Assembly: GCF_009914755.1 (NCBI RefSeq)
Contig: NC_060943.1
DNA length: 64,000 bases
Reading direction: 5' to 3' (one strand)
Source of the DNA: the human T2T-CHM13v2.0 reference genome, Homo sapiens
Part shown: positions 1 through 15,247 of the stretch, piece by piece
Position numbering within the stretch: the stretch's first letter is position 1
Layout: every line of letters begins with the position of its first letter
Program-made: the position numbers and the translations under genes
Notes under the pieces: generated by a model
The model's database searches: none
What the model was told of the DNA's origin: nothing
Seen by the model: the letters and a program-made list of their open reading frames with translations, nothing else

Positions 1-11
1 GGGGAGGTTAG

Positions 12-498
<487 letters not shown>

Positions 499-1345
499 TG
501 ACAGTCCCGGTGCCTGGCCAGGCCCTCCATGCTCCCACCCAGACTCCCCTATGGTGCTCGGGCCTGCTCCTTGTCCTCCGGGCCTCCTGTGTGTCCTGGT
601 ACCTGGGCTGAGGCTTGTTTGCAGGAAGAGGGTATGGAAGTGTGGTCAGGGGAGGTCGGGCCAGCTCTAGGGCGCAGGGTCCTGGGGGAGGTCTCGGCCT
701 GAGCTAGGTTGGAGCCATGAGGCTGGAGAGGAAGGGAACAGTGGAGGTTTCAAAGGAACCAGGGAGGCTTGGAAAGGAGGGGCGAGCAGGTTCTTCAGGG
801 GGTTGTACAGGAAGGAGAGAGGAGTGGGTCCGGGAGGGATGTGGCCCAGGGAGGGGCATTGGGGGCAGCAGGGTGCCTGGGAGGCCTCCTGGAGCTGAGG
901 AGGGAGGGGCCTGTGCTGCCAGCAGCAGGTCTGAGTCCCGGGGGCTTAGAGGCTGAGGCGTGGGGTGGGGAGGCTGGGGACAGCCGGAGGAGGTGGCTTC
1001 CACCCAGGCCTCTGGTCCATTGAGTGTGGAGACTGGTGTTAGGTTGTGGCACAGGAGCCCAGGCAGGCCAAGGCCAGCGAGGAGGTCTGTGTGGCCCGAG
1101 GCAGGCTAGGAGGATGCTGAGGCTGGGATGGCTGAGCCCTGCTGTGCTGAGTGCCCTGCCTGAGGGCCTCACCCGCTCCGCCTGGATAGTCCAACAGTTG
1201 TGCTGCAGGGAACTGAGGCCCAGAGGCTGAGCCCTTGCCTGCTGGGCCCTGCCCTGCTGCCCACTCGAGCGCCCTCCCACTCCCTGCTGGCCCTCAGGCC
1301 CCACGGCAGCCCACTGGCCCTGACCTGCGCTCCCTCCCTCCCCAG

Positions 1346-1432
1346 TGGCACATCATCCTGGGGGGGGCCGTGTTGCTCACAGCCCTGCGTCCTGCTGCGC
1401 CAGGGCCCGCGCCACCGCCACAGGAGGCCTGA
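1346..1432 (+). CDS. EMC10: EMC10 alternative cassette exon encoding the C-terminus of the secreted isoform (HSS1/scEMC10): WHIILGGAVLLTALRPAAPGPAPPPQEA*
   Basis: ctccctccctccccag acceptor (1344-1345), in phase 0 after ...FFAKY, TGA 1430-1432 followed immediately by a gtgagg donor. Confidence 0.88.
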   Translation, partial: WHIILGGAVLLTALRPAAPGPAPPPQEA

Positions 1433-1561
1433 GTGAGGACCGAGACCCCTGCCCCTCCCTGCGCCCCACTGGCCCTCCCTGACCTGTAGTGACGTAGGGG
1501 ACCTGGGCGCCCTCCCCTTACGCGACCTCCCCTCATGCCGGTCCCCACCGTGGGTGGGTGA

Positions 1562-1744
<183 letters not shown>

Positions 1745-2808
1745 GGGCCCAGGCTGGTCAGCGTCCCGTCTTGCACACCCAGGGGCCTCCCTTTCTGCTG
1801 GAGTCCCCTGTGTCCTCAGCCATCCCAAGAAGGGTTTGCTGGTCCCTCCTTTCCCCCCGTCCCACGAGGCCACCTGGGCCAGCCCCTTGTCCTCTGCCTT
1901 CTGCTGGCAGAGGAGCAGCTGGACTGGGGCCTTTGGCACAGCAGCCGGTGTCTCCTGCGCCCGCCTCCCCCATGGCCCCATGCAGCCCCAGGGGCTTCCC
2001 CCCTGCCCATGGAGTAGAGCCCGAGATCCTGGCCACTATGCCAGTTCTGACCTCGCATCCCCCTACCCCGAGCCCATGCAGTCTGGGAACATGCCGCCTT
2101 CTCTCCAGCCTCTGTGCCTTTGTTCCAGGTGGTCTCACCCTCCTGTCCCTGGCTGGGCTAGGTGGTCCTGTCCAGGCTCCTGCAGCGCCCCCCTCACTTT
2201 GACACTGGACTAGGATGCAGCCTCCCTTCTGTGTCCCCTTGAGGGTACCCTGGGTCCCCTCATCAGGGGCAGAGGCATGAAAGAGTCGGGGCTGGATGGC
2301 CAGGGGCTTCTGGGCCCGACGCCTAGTGCAGCCCCTGGGGTCGTGGTTTGACATTTGTCTGCCTGGTGCAAACAAGGAATCCTTGCCTTTAAGGTGACAG
2401 GCCCTCCACAGGCTTCCAGACTTGAAGGAAAAGGTTTAAGAAAGAAAACAAAACCAACAGTTAGTGGAGTCAAAGCCCAGACACTGTAAATAGAACCCCC
2501 TCCACCACCCCCCGCCGCCCAGCATCCTACCTGGACTGCGGTGCTACGAGGGCCTGCGGGCCTTTGCTGTGTGCCACCCTCCCTGTAAGTCTATTTAAAA
2601 ACATCGACGATACATTGAAATGTGTGAACGTTTTGAAAAGCTACAGCTTCCAGCAGCCAAAAGCAACTGTTGTTTTGGCAAGACGGTCCTGATGTACAAG
2701 CTTGATTGAAATTCACTGCTCACTTGATACGTTATTCAGAAACCCAAGGAATGGCTGTCCCCATCCTCATGTGGCTGTGTGGAGCTCAGCTGTGTTGTGT
2801 GGCAGTTT

Positions 2809-2814
2809 ATTAAA
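2809..2814 (+). terminator. Candidate proximal EMC10 poly(A) signal ATTAAA
   Basis: ATTAAA ~1.07 kb after the stop, at the end of a unique AT-richer UTR-like segment and before the Alus begin. Confidence 0.5.
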
Positions 2815-3054
2815 CTGTCCCCCAGATCGACACGCAGCTAGCCTCCTGCATTGTATGGTTATAAATAGCACCCTAGCGAGTGCTGTCGTCCAGTCTCTCT
2901 TGGGTGTGGTTTGAATGATCTCGGGATGCATGACTAAAATGGAATTACGATGGCAGATCGGAAACGCGTTTATAAACAAGTGATGGTTTGTGAGTCGACT
3001 GTCAAGACCAGGAGGTGGTGCACCGTGGGAGGTTGCCTTCCCTCCCATCACTTC

Positions 3055-3346
3055 TTTTTGTTTTTGAGTCAGGGTCTTGCTCTGTTACCCAAGCTGGAGT
3101 GCAGTGGCGGTACCTTGACTCACTGCGACCTCCACCTCTCAGGCTCAGCGATTCTCCCACCTCAGCCTCCTGAGTAGCTGGAATTGTAGGCGTGCACCAC
3201 CACGCGCAGCTAGTTTTTGTATTTTTTGTAGAGACGGGGTTTCACCATATTGCCCAGGCTGGTCGTGAACTGCTGGACTCGAGTGATCCACCTGCCTCGG
3301 CTTCCCAAAGTGCTGGGATTACAGGCGTGAGCCACCGCGCCTGGCC
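3055..3346 (-). mobile_element. Alu SINE
   Basis: Alu consensus in reverse orientation, ending GAGCCACCGCGCCTGGCC. Confidence 0.92.
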
Positions 3347-3477
3347 TATTTTTGGTAACTTTAATAAAGAAGATAGTCTTAGCATTGCTAACTTCTGTTT
3401 CTTTCTCCACCTGCAGGAGATAGCTTATGCTTTTTCTGTCTTCATTCCATGTGAATCCTGCTTCATTCTTTTCCTAG

Positions 3478-3812
<335 letters not shown>

Positions 3813-4170
3813 CTACTGATGCTTTTTGGGAAGTGTTCCCAACTTGGAGTCCTGGTCCCTGTGTCTGATCTGCAGATGTCTTCTACCCCGGCACTGGGGG
3901 AACATCTTATTTTTCCTGGGTTGAACATTGGGATCTTTATAAACCTGATTATGTCCTTTCCCTCTAAGTCTCGGTTGCTTTCAGGCTGGCAGGGTTACTC
4001 TGTGGGGTATTCCAGGAAATGCCTGAGCTCCTTCAGGCTCCCCTAGCGTTCTGTTCTTATTAAACTTTTCTTCCCGGTCTGGCCGGTCCTTGGGGAACCC
4101 ACTCACTATTTTATTTTATTGACCGGGTTATCCAGGGATGAAGTATGAAACTCAAAAGATAGAGTAGGTT

Positions 4171-4318
4171 GGCCAGGCATAGTGATTCATGCTTGTAGTC
4201 CCAGCTGTTTGGGAGGCTGAGACAGGAGGATTGCTTGAGCCCCAGAGTTCGATGCTTCCTGAGCTGTGATTGAATCACTTTACTCCAGCCTGGGTGACAG
4301 AGTGAGACCCTGTCTCCA
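4171..4318 (+). mobile_element. Alu monomer / partial Alu
   Basis: GGCCAGGCATAGTG...GAGTGAGACCCTGTCTC, single-arm length. Confidence 0.8.
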
Positions 4319-5689
4319 GAATAGACAAAAGATGCAGTGGAATCCACGTCCAGAAACTGTATGCTCACTCTGGGCTCCAGCACCCACTTCCCCTCCCTGG
4401 AGGCAGCCTGAGTTTTCTGTCCCCTGGTATGCTGCAGATACTCTCCACAGAAACAAGCAGATGCACATGTCAACAGTTTTGCAAGTGTTGCTCTTTTCCC
4501 CCACCTTCTTTTGACATAGCTGGGGCAGTTTCCATCTCTGGTATAAGGTGCCATCTTATTCCATCTCTGGTGTAAGAGTGTGTTGCTGGATTTGAGTAGT
4601 TCTAAGCAGCACTGCAGGAGTCCCCCTGTTCTGCTGCATCATTTTGCACACATATGTGTCTGTGGAAGACATGGCCCGGTGGGGCCCCACCTTGCTGGGG
4701 GAGAGGGATGTGTGTGTGATGGTGGTGCATGCTTCCCCCTTGCTACTCCAGGTGTCTGCCCCATCCCTTCACCCTGGAGGTTCCAGACAGCCCCTCTTCA
4801 CCAGCGATTCCCCAACTCATCTCCAGCTCAGATCCCACCCCTGATCTCCAGACTCATGGCCCCAGCTGCCTCCTGGGCTCCTTCCCCAGGATGTGCCTCA
4901 GGGGCCACTAAAGGAGCCAGTGCCTCCCACCTGCCCGGATCGGGTGCTCCTCCAGGGATCTTTGTTCCAGTGAGTGGTGCCATCACCTGCCCAACCTCAT
5001 GGACCAGAGCACTGCCCTGTCCCAATCACGTTCTCCTATGCACCACCATACCTACCCCTAAAGTTCTTCCTGGCCTCATCCCGTCACCTCTGTCTCCATG
5101 GCCTTGGTCCCAGCTCAAGCCTCGTCCTCTGCCACCTGGACCATCGGCCCAGCCTCCTCTTTGGCCTCCCAGCCCCCAACATCCCCCCCTCAGTCCATCC
5201 CCCTAATGGAGAGCTTCCTGACACTAGAGCTGACCTCACTACTCCCCTGCTCACAGCCCTCCGCGTGGCCTCTCACCTCCCCCAGGATAGAGTCCCAACC
5301 CATCCTGTGTCTCCTCCTCTCTGTGTCCACTGTCCTGACCCTAACTCAATCCTCATTCTCTGCCTCCTGGACCCTCATCCTAGCCTCGTGACTTCTGGTC
5401 TAAGATGTGAGAGCACCTGGCAAGGTAAATGCTCCAGGAGGGGTTGCTCCCTCCCATTTCCTGCCACCAGAAAATGTTATCGGCTGCGTGGCATTGCGAA
5501 AGCCTTCCTCTTCCCAGCCTAGGGTTTCATGTGGGCATTTAGGTGCTCCCAGTACATAGTTGCATGGCAAACAATCCTAAAATATACAAGACTACATTTA
5601 GTATTTTGTAAAATTCTTTACTAACCCCAAATTGTCTACTGGAAACTATAGGCTCCTTTTTTTTTGGTGGGTGGGGGGCAGGTGTGTTT

Positions 5690-5968
5690 GTGGGATGGAG
5701 TTTCACTTGTCACCCAGGCTGGAGTGCAGTGGCTCAATTTTGGCTCAATGCAACCTCCACCTCCCAGGTTCAAGCAATTCTCTTGCCTCAGCCTCCTGAG
5801 TAGCTGGGATTACAACCGTGTGCCACCACACCCAGCCAATTTTTGTATTTTTAGTAGAGACCGGGTTTCACCATGTTGGCCAGGCTGGTCTTGAACTCCT
5901 GACCTCAAGCGATCCACCTTAGTCTCCTAAAGTGCTGGGATTACATGTGTGAGCCACCGCCCCTGGCC
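5690..5968 (-). mobile_element. Alu SINE
   Basis: Reverse Alu consensus. Confidence 0.9.
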
Positions 5969-7493
5969 TCTGTAGGCTTCTTTAACCCATCAGAGAGACT
6001 CCCTGGTAAGGATTAGGGGCTAATTACTGGTGCCTCTTCAGCTGTCAGTCCATCCTCCTTTATTTGTACCCACCTTCCAGTCAGCAAGGCACAACAATGT
6101 TGTTACAAAGGAAACAAACTCAATTTGGCCCATTTCCTGGAAATGCAATCTCCCAAACAGGTTTGTGTGAACCAAATTCCATTTTCCTTTGTTTCCCATG
6201 TGCAGTCCCAGTTGCATTTCCATGGGAGCCAATCCACCCACCCATAGAATGACTTGAAAATGTGTGAAGTTCAGAAGTTTCATACCAAGAAGTTTGCTGA
6301 GCATGATGTTTGTATATTGATTAGGAGTAAAAATGTTCATTTTTACAAAATATTACAACTTCTCCCTCTCCCCTCCTTCCACCCAGTATCCCCTGTTCCT
6401 CCCCCAGGCATTCTGGTCACTGTTCCTTTTTGTTGAGATCATTCTCGGTGTCTCATATAGCTGGGTTGCAGCTCCGTTCTTTGCCAGGAGGTGGTAATAG
6501 AGGATTCCACGCACTCAGAATGCCTCAGGCCGGCGCCTGTGGCTTCTCTCAATGGAGGGAAGTGTCCTGCAGGGGGCGCTGTTGGTCCTTCAGGCAAGGT
6601 CGGGTTCCCTCGAAGTCTCTGTCTTAGCAGTTGCTGGTCTTCAGAAACATTGGGCACCAATTTTCTCATTTCTGAAATGGAATTCAGGTGAGGTCCCCTC
6701 AGTGCTGAGGTGCTTCATGTTGTCAGAGGAAGAGTTGGGAAGGGAGCGGAATGGAGCAGAAAGGCGTCATCCGCTGCTCACTGAGCTCAGATAGGAGGCC
6801 AGGGATCGGCAGATTCAGGAGCCCACTCCTGGCCAACCCCAGGGGCCCCACCCAGTCCTGTCCCTGCTCCTTACGTGCTGTGTATCTTTAGGCAAGTTGC
6901 TTCCTGTCTCTGAGCGTCGTCTTTGTTTCCGCCTTCCTGGGCCTACGGCAGGCCTGATTCCTCCAGGCAGTGTCCAGAGTTCCGGACAGATGGAAAAGGA
7001 AGAGAGAATGGGTGTCACAAAGGTCTGTCCACTCCTGGGCCTCAGGCTTGGGGGCCCTGCTCAGGGCTAGCCTGTTTGGGCCTCGGTATGGACTCCTGCC
7101 TCCTGGTCAGGACCTGGAAACCTGGGAGCAGGCAAGGCAGGAACAGGAGAGGGAGGCAAAGGCCCACCAGGCAGGGATGCAGGGGCCACCTGGAGACGGA
7201 GGAGACGGGGCTCCCGGGAGGGAGGCCAGTGGGAGTGAGAGCTTGAAGGAGAGAGAGCCAGGAGAGGAGACAGGTCCAGAGAGGAGGGAAAGGAAAGGAC
7301 AGGGCAGAGACAGAGAAACCAGAGAGAGGGAAGGAAGAGAGACCCAAGGGGGAGAGACAGGGAAGGAAGAGGGAGGTGAGAAGAGGAAGAGGCAGATTCA
7401 GAGGAGAGAGGAGAGAAAAGAGGTGGAAATCAAACAGGAGAAAGAGGGAGGAGAGGAGGGAGGAGAGAGTGTAGGAAAAAAGCAGGAGGAAAG

Positions 7494-8144
<651 letters not shown>

Positions 8145-9592
8145 CTAGGAACTGGGAAGGAAAAGAGCTAGGAGGAGACCATGAGACAGAAAGAGAAGAG
8201 GGTGAAGAGAGAGGATAGTGGCTGGGAGGAGAGAGGAGGAGGGAGGAGCACAGAGGGAGAGGAGAGGAAACAGCCAGAGAATCTGCTAGAAGGGAGAGAG
8301 GAGAGAGAAGAGCCGGACAGGGAGAGCAGAAGTGAGAAAAAGGAGGGTGGCCACAGAGAGGACAGCGAGAAAAAGAGAACAGGAAGAGGGGAAAAGAGAA
8401 GAAATGGGAGAGGGAAGAAGGGTGGGAGAGAAAACGGAACAGAGAGGGGGCACAGACAGCGGACTGGACCGAGAGGGAGATGGAGCGGTGCGGAGGGGGA
8501 GAGAGAAAGAGGGAGGGAAGGAGGGTAGGAGAGGGCTGGAGATAGGGGAAAAGAGAAAAGGAGGGTAGGAGAGGGCTGGAGAGAGAAGGGAAGTTAAGAA
8601 GGGAAGGAGAGAGACAGACATTAGGGAAGAAGGAAAGGAGAAAGGAAAAAATACAAAAAAGGGCAGAGAGAAAAGAACAGGCCGGGCATGGTGCCTCGCA
8701 CCTGTGGTCCCAGCACTTTGAGAGGCTAAGGCAGGAGGATCACTGGAGCCTGGGAGGTGGAGGCTGCACTACTGCACTCCAGCGGGTGAGTGAGCGAGAA
8801 AAAAAGCAGAAAGGAAAGAAGAGGTGCATGAGTGTGGAAGAGCAATATGGAGAGAAAGAAGGGAGAGAGGATTGGAAGTAGCGACAGAGGACCATGCCCC
8901 TCCAGCTGAGGAGGGGGCGCCCCTAAGACAGCGTCAGCCCAGAGACCGGGGCAGGAAGCAGGAACGTGAAGCAGGTTAGGAGCCAGTGTGAGGCACGGAG
9001 AGGGCCGGGTAGCTGGGCGGCGGGGGTGTCGTGGGCACAGCCCAGGCTACTGCGGGGACAGGCTGCCAGACCCGGCGGGTCCAGGTTGGGAACTCGGCCA
9101 TGCAGCAGAAACGTTCCCTGCCTCAACAGGGCGCAGCCACCCCGGGGCCATCTCTGTGACCCAGGGAGAGAAAGGACAACGAATGGGACTAGACGAGGAT
9201 GGGGAGGAACAGAGCAGCTGTGGAAGGTGCGGCAGAGAAGGGCCCAGGAGAAAGGAGGAAGGGAAGGAGCTGGAGGGGCGGGAGAACAGGAGACAGAACA
9301 GGACAGAGACAGCTGCCCGGGAGGATGGGAGAACAGAAAGAGGGAGGAAACGCCGAGCACTGACCTGGGGGAGGGGAGTAAAGAGAAGTGAAGGGGGATT
9401 GGAAGGGAACTGGAGAATGAGAGAAGCAACAGGCGGGGTGCGTGTAGGAGGGCGGGAGAGCCAATGACAAGACAGAAAAGGCAGAGAAAGCAAAGCAAGA
9501 CCGGACTCCTCATCCGGTAACACTGTGTCAGGTCATTGCCCTCCCACCCCGCCCCCAACCCCATAACTGAAAACAAGTAGGAACCTGGATAA

Positions 9593-10047
<455 letters not shown>

Positions 10048-10333
10048 TGAGTGACAGGGGGACCCAGGGGCCTCACCTGGGCTACCTGGGGTGGGTGGAC
10101 CCTCCACTGTGCCAAGGTGCAGCCTGGGCTCGGAGGAACATGCCCTCCGCCTAGTCCCTGACATCCTTTTCACATCCAACACGCAGAGCAGGGGCGTGAG
10201 GGAGCAGGCAAGCAGGGAAGGGAAAGACAATGAGCAAGAGCCAGCGGGACGGTGGGGCGGATGGCAGAGGCTTCGCTGCTGGAAAATCAGACGCAGAGTA
10301 CGAAACGCCTGTGCTCACTATGTTAATAATAAT

Positions 10334-10339
10334 AATAAA
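10334..10339 (+). terminator. Candidate distal EMC10 poly(A) signal AATAAA
   Basis: AATAAA within (AAT)n in unique sequence; would end a long (~8.6 kb) 3' UTR. Confidence 0.4.
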
Positions 10340-11099
10340 AGGCAAAAAACCAGGCTCATTGATACACTGATATTAACAAGAACAAAGTACTGAGAGAGAG
10401 AGAGAGAGGTGAGGAGGAAGGCAGAAGAGGGAAGGCTGGGTTTCCTGCCGTCCACTTTGTGACCTCCTGCGTGATGGCGCGTCCTTCCAAGTCATGGGGT
10501 AACGTCCTTGTGGCCCAGATAATGAGCTGCAGACGGACGGGAATGTGCAACTGTGGAGACACGCGAGCTTATGGTCCCAGGACCTGGCAGGACATGAAAT
10601 GAGTTTCTTAAAGGGTGAAACAGATTGCAGGACCAATCGTCCCGATCGTCCAAGGCAGGATAAAAATATCCCAGCATGCGGAGGAGCCCTCCCTGCCCAG
10701 TCTCCTCCGAGGGGCCTCGGGGCCTCTGCAGCTGCAGCTGTTGGAGTCATCAAGAAGACGGGGACGCGGGAGGGGGACAGGGACCAGGAGGCGAGGGGAT
10801 GGCGGGAGTCAGGGGTGGGGTTGGGCGGGGTGGGGAGAAGGCTGTCAGCGCCAGGCTCAGACGAGCCGGTGGGAGCAGAGACGAGGAGAGGGAAGGGTCA
10901 AGGACAATGACTGGCAGAGGAACTGGAAAGGAAGGAGCGGGCATGGAGAGGCGGAGCTGGGAAGGACTTGGGGGACTAGAGGCGAGGGGAGAGAGCTTGT
11001 GGGGTGAGGGAGAAAACGGAGAGGAAAGAGCGAGTGAAGGTGAGGATGGAAAGGAAACAGGAAAGCCCCATGGAGGGGAGGATGGGAGAAATAGAGTGT

Positions 11100-11552
11100 G
11101 TCAGAGACAGAGAGGGAGAGAGAGATGGCGAGAGATGGAGAGAGAAAGAGACAGCGAGAGAGACAGAGACGTTGAGAGAAACAGAGATAGCGAGAAAGAG
11201 TGAGAGAAAGAGACAGGGAGACAGCAAGAGAGACAGTGAGAGAGACAGTAAGAGGGAGACCGAGAGAGAGAGTGAGAGACAGACAGCGAGAGAGAGACAG
11301 TAAAAGAGAGATAGCCAGAGAGAAACAGACAATGAGACAGAAAGCGAGAGACAGAGAGAGACAGTGAGAGAAACAGACAAAATGATGGCGAGAGAGTGAG
11401 AAAGAAAGAGACAGCGAGAGAAACAGAGACAATGATGGCAAGAGAGTGAGAGAGACAGAGCGAGAGAGACAGAGACGGACTGAGAAAATGAGACAGAGAC
11501 AGCGAGAGATGGGAGAGACAGGGGGAGAGAGAGAGAGAGAGAGAGAGAGAGA
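11100..11552. repeat. (GA)/(GACA)-rich low-complexity repeat (CU/CUGU-rich on the minus strand)
   Basis: Degenerate GAGAGACA units ending in pure (GA)n. Confidence 0.9.
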
Positions 11553-12142
11553 AGCGCCAAAGAGAAGCCACCAGGAGCGTGTGGAGGGGAAGCCAGGTGG
11601 AACTCACTGAAGGTGCAGGGAGAGGAAGGGGAGGCAGGAGTGAGAGGAAAGAGGAGAGGCAAATCCAAGGGACAGAAACTGGAGGCGAAGGAGGCAGAGG
11701 AGGGAGGGAGACCAAGGGCACAGGCCCTAACCACAGTGCTGCCCCTTGTCCCCGGCCCCCTTGTCTCCTTCTGACACAGTCCGGCGCTGTGGACGGGCAC
11801 AGTGAGACTGGGGCCCCATCAGCGCCTCCTCTGGGGGTTGGGTACAGACGATGAGGAAATGACAGGGCGGGGATGAGGAGGAGGACCTAGCGCAGGGGAA
11901 GGAGAGGGCAGAAGACAGTGGGGGGTGGCAGTCTGGAGGACAAGGGAGAAGATTCCAGAAAGGCTGAGAGCCACAAGGTGGACAATCAGGAAAAGGTGGG
12001 GCTGGGTGGAAGCGTGTGGAGGACTGGAATATCGCCCAAGGGAGGAGCAGTGTGTGCAAGACCTAGAGAGGAGGAAACACTGAGGATCCAGCCGAAGAGA
12101 GGACACACAGGGACAGGGACAGCCTGTGTGTGTGTGTGTTAT

Positions 12143-13535
12143 GGAGAGGGGGAGGAGGAGGGGGGAGAGGAAAGAGGAGGAGGAGAAGGAAGAAGGAGGA
12201 AGAGGAAAGAGGAGGAAGGGGGAGGAGGAGGAAAGGGGGAGGAGGGGTGAGGAGGAGGAGGAAAGAGGAGGAGGAAAGAGGAAGGAGGAGGAGGGAGGAA
12301 GAAGAGGAAAGAGGGAGAGGAGGAGGAAAGGGGGAGGAGGGGTGAGGAGGAGGAGGGAGGAGGAAGAGGAAAGAGGGAAAGGAGGAGGAAGGAGGAGGGA
12401 GTAAGAGGAAGGAGGAAGAAGAAGGAAAGATGAGGAAGGAGGAAAGAGGAGGAGGTGGAGTAAGAGGGAGGAGGAGGAAGGAGGAAAGGGGGAGGGAGGA
12501 GGGGGAAGAGGAGGAGAAAGAGGGAGGAAGGAGGAGAGGGAGGAAAGAGGAAGGAGGAGGAAAGAGGAGGGAGGAGGAGGAAGAGGAGGAGAGAGAAGAG
12601 GGAGGAAGGAGGAGGAGGATAAGGAAGAAAGGAAGGAGGAGGGGGAAGAGGAGGAAAGAGGAGGGAGGAGGAGGAAGAGGAGGAGAGAGAAGAGGGAGGA
12701 AGCAGGAGGAGGATAAGGAAGAAAGGAAGGAGGAGGGGGAAGAGGAGGAAGGGAGGAGGAGGAGAAGGAAGAGGAAGGAGGAAAGAGGAAGGAGGAGAAG
12801 GGAGGATGGGGAAGAGGACAAGGAGGAGGAGAGGGAGGAAAGAGGAAGGAGGAGGAAGGAGTAGTAGGAGGAGGGAGTAAGAGGGAGAAGGAGGAAGGAG
12901 GAGGAAGAAAGGAGGAAGGAGGGGAAGAGGAGAGGGAGGAGGAAGGAGGAGGGAGTAAGAGGGGGAAGGAGGAAGGAGGAGGAAGGAAGGAGGGGAAGAG
13001 GAGAGGGAGGAGGAAAGAGGAGGAAGAAGGAGGAGGGAGGAGGAAGGAGGAGGAAAGGAGGAAGAGGGAGGAGGAAGAAGGAAGAGGAATCGAGGAGGAG
13101 AGAGGAGGAAGGAGGAGGATGAAGGAGGAGGGAGGTGGAGGAAGGAGGAGGGGGAAGAGGAGGAGGAAGGACATGGAGGAAGGAGCAGGAGGAGGAAAGT
13201 GGGAGGAGGAAAGGAGGAGGAGAGAGGAGGGGGAAAGAGGAGGAGGAAAGGGGGAGGAGGAAGGAGATGGAGGAAGGAGAAAAGAGGAGGGGGAGGAGAA
13301 AGGAGGAGGAAGAGGAAGGAGAAGGGGAAAGAGGAGGAGGAAGGAGGTGGAGGAAGGAGGAAGGAAAGAAGAGGGGAGGAGGGGGGAGGAGGAAGGAGGT
13401 GGAGGAAGGAGGAGGAGGGGGAGGAGGAAGGAGGAGGAGGAAGAGGAAGGGGAAGGGGGAAAGGAGGAAGGAGGTGGAGGAAGAAGGAGGAAAGAAGAGG
13501 GGGAGGAGGAAGGAGGAGGAGGAAAGAGGAGGGGT
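12143..13535. repeat. ~1.4-kb degenerate (GGA/GGAA) polypurine tract
   Basis: Almost exclusively G and A; internal ~90-bp duplication near 12560-12740. Confidence 0.95.
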
Positions 13536-13575
13536 AGTTGCAGGAAGAATAATGAAAAGAAAGAAGAGGTGATCA

Positions 13576-14025
<450 letters not shown>

Positions 14026-14884
14026 TCAGAGAATGGGAGAGAGGAGAGGGCGAGAGAGACAGAGGAAGGGGGTCACAGAGGAGAGGTAGAAGGAGAAATG
14101 GGGAGGGGCAAATCCTCTTTCCCGCCCGAGCCTCAGTTTCCTCATCTGCTCCCTCAGGTGGTGAGGAGTCCAGGGACCACCCGCCAAGTGTCTGCAGGGC
14201 AGGAAGGCCTGCGGAGGGGAGAGGGAGGTGGAGGAAGGAGGCTCAGGCTTGAATCCAGTGTGGTGACTGGCAGCAGAAGCGTCCCCTCCATGGGCACGGG
14301 CTGCCTCTCAGGCTCAGATTCTAGAGTGTTCCTTCCTAGAGTCCCTCCAGGCCTCCTTCAGCCTCCCCCACCCACCCTGACCTGGGAGGGAGTAGCCATT
14401 GTCGTCCACATATTTTTCCAAGGGAGAAATCAGGCTGCAGCCCACATCCTCCTTCCTCCTCCTCTTTCCTGCAGCCCCGCACGGTGTAGCTGGCCACCCC
14501 TTCTAGGGCTGTGGCGGCTGAGACTCCTGGGGGAAACCTAAACCCCTTCCATCTGGAAGGTTTGGAGCTTCCACCGCTGAGAAGGAAAAAAAAGGGAGTC
14601 GGTGGAGTGGAAGGGGCAGAGGGAAAGGAAGGGGCTAAAGAGAGTCGCCTGGTACACAGTTGGCGCTCAGTTGGTGCCCTTCCCCTTTCCTAGGGGAGAG
14701 CACAGAGAGTAGGAAGGCAGAGAGAGGAAGAGAAAGGGGGAATCGAGGGTGAGAAGGGGAGGCTGTATCTATAAAAAGCCTGGCACACAGTCGGTGCTCA
14801 ATAACTGCCCATTCCCTTCAGGACCACATGAAAAGGGAGAAGAAGAAACTCCCGCAGAGCAAAAGCAGAAGGAGAGGCAGCCTA

Positions 14885-15247
<363 letters not shown>

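Noticed and set aside
11602-11610. Recursive splice site on the minus strand (ttcaGtgagt)
   Set aside because: The AG and GT share a single G, so it is not a true AG|GT ratchet point
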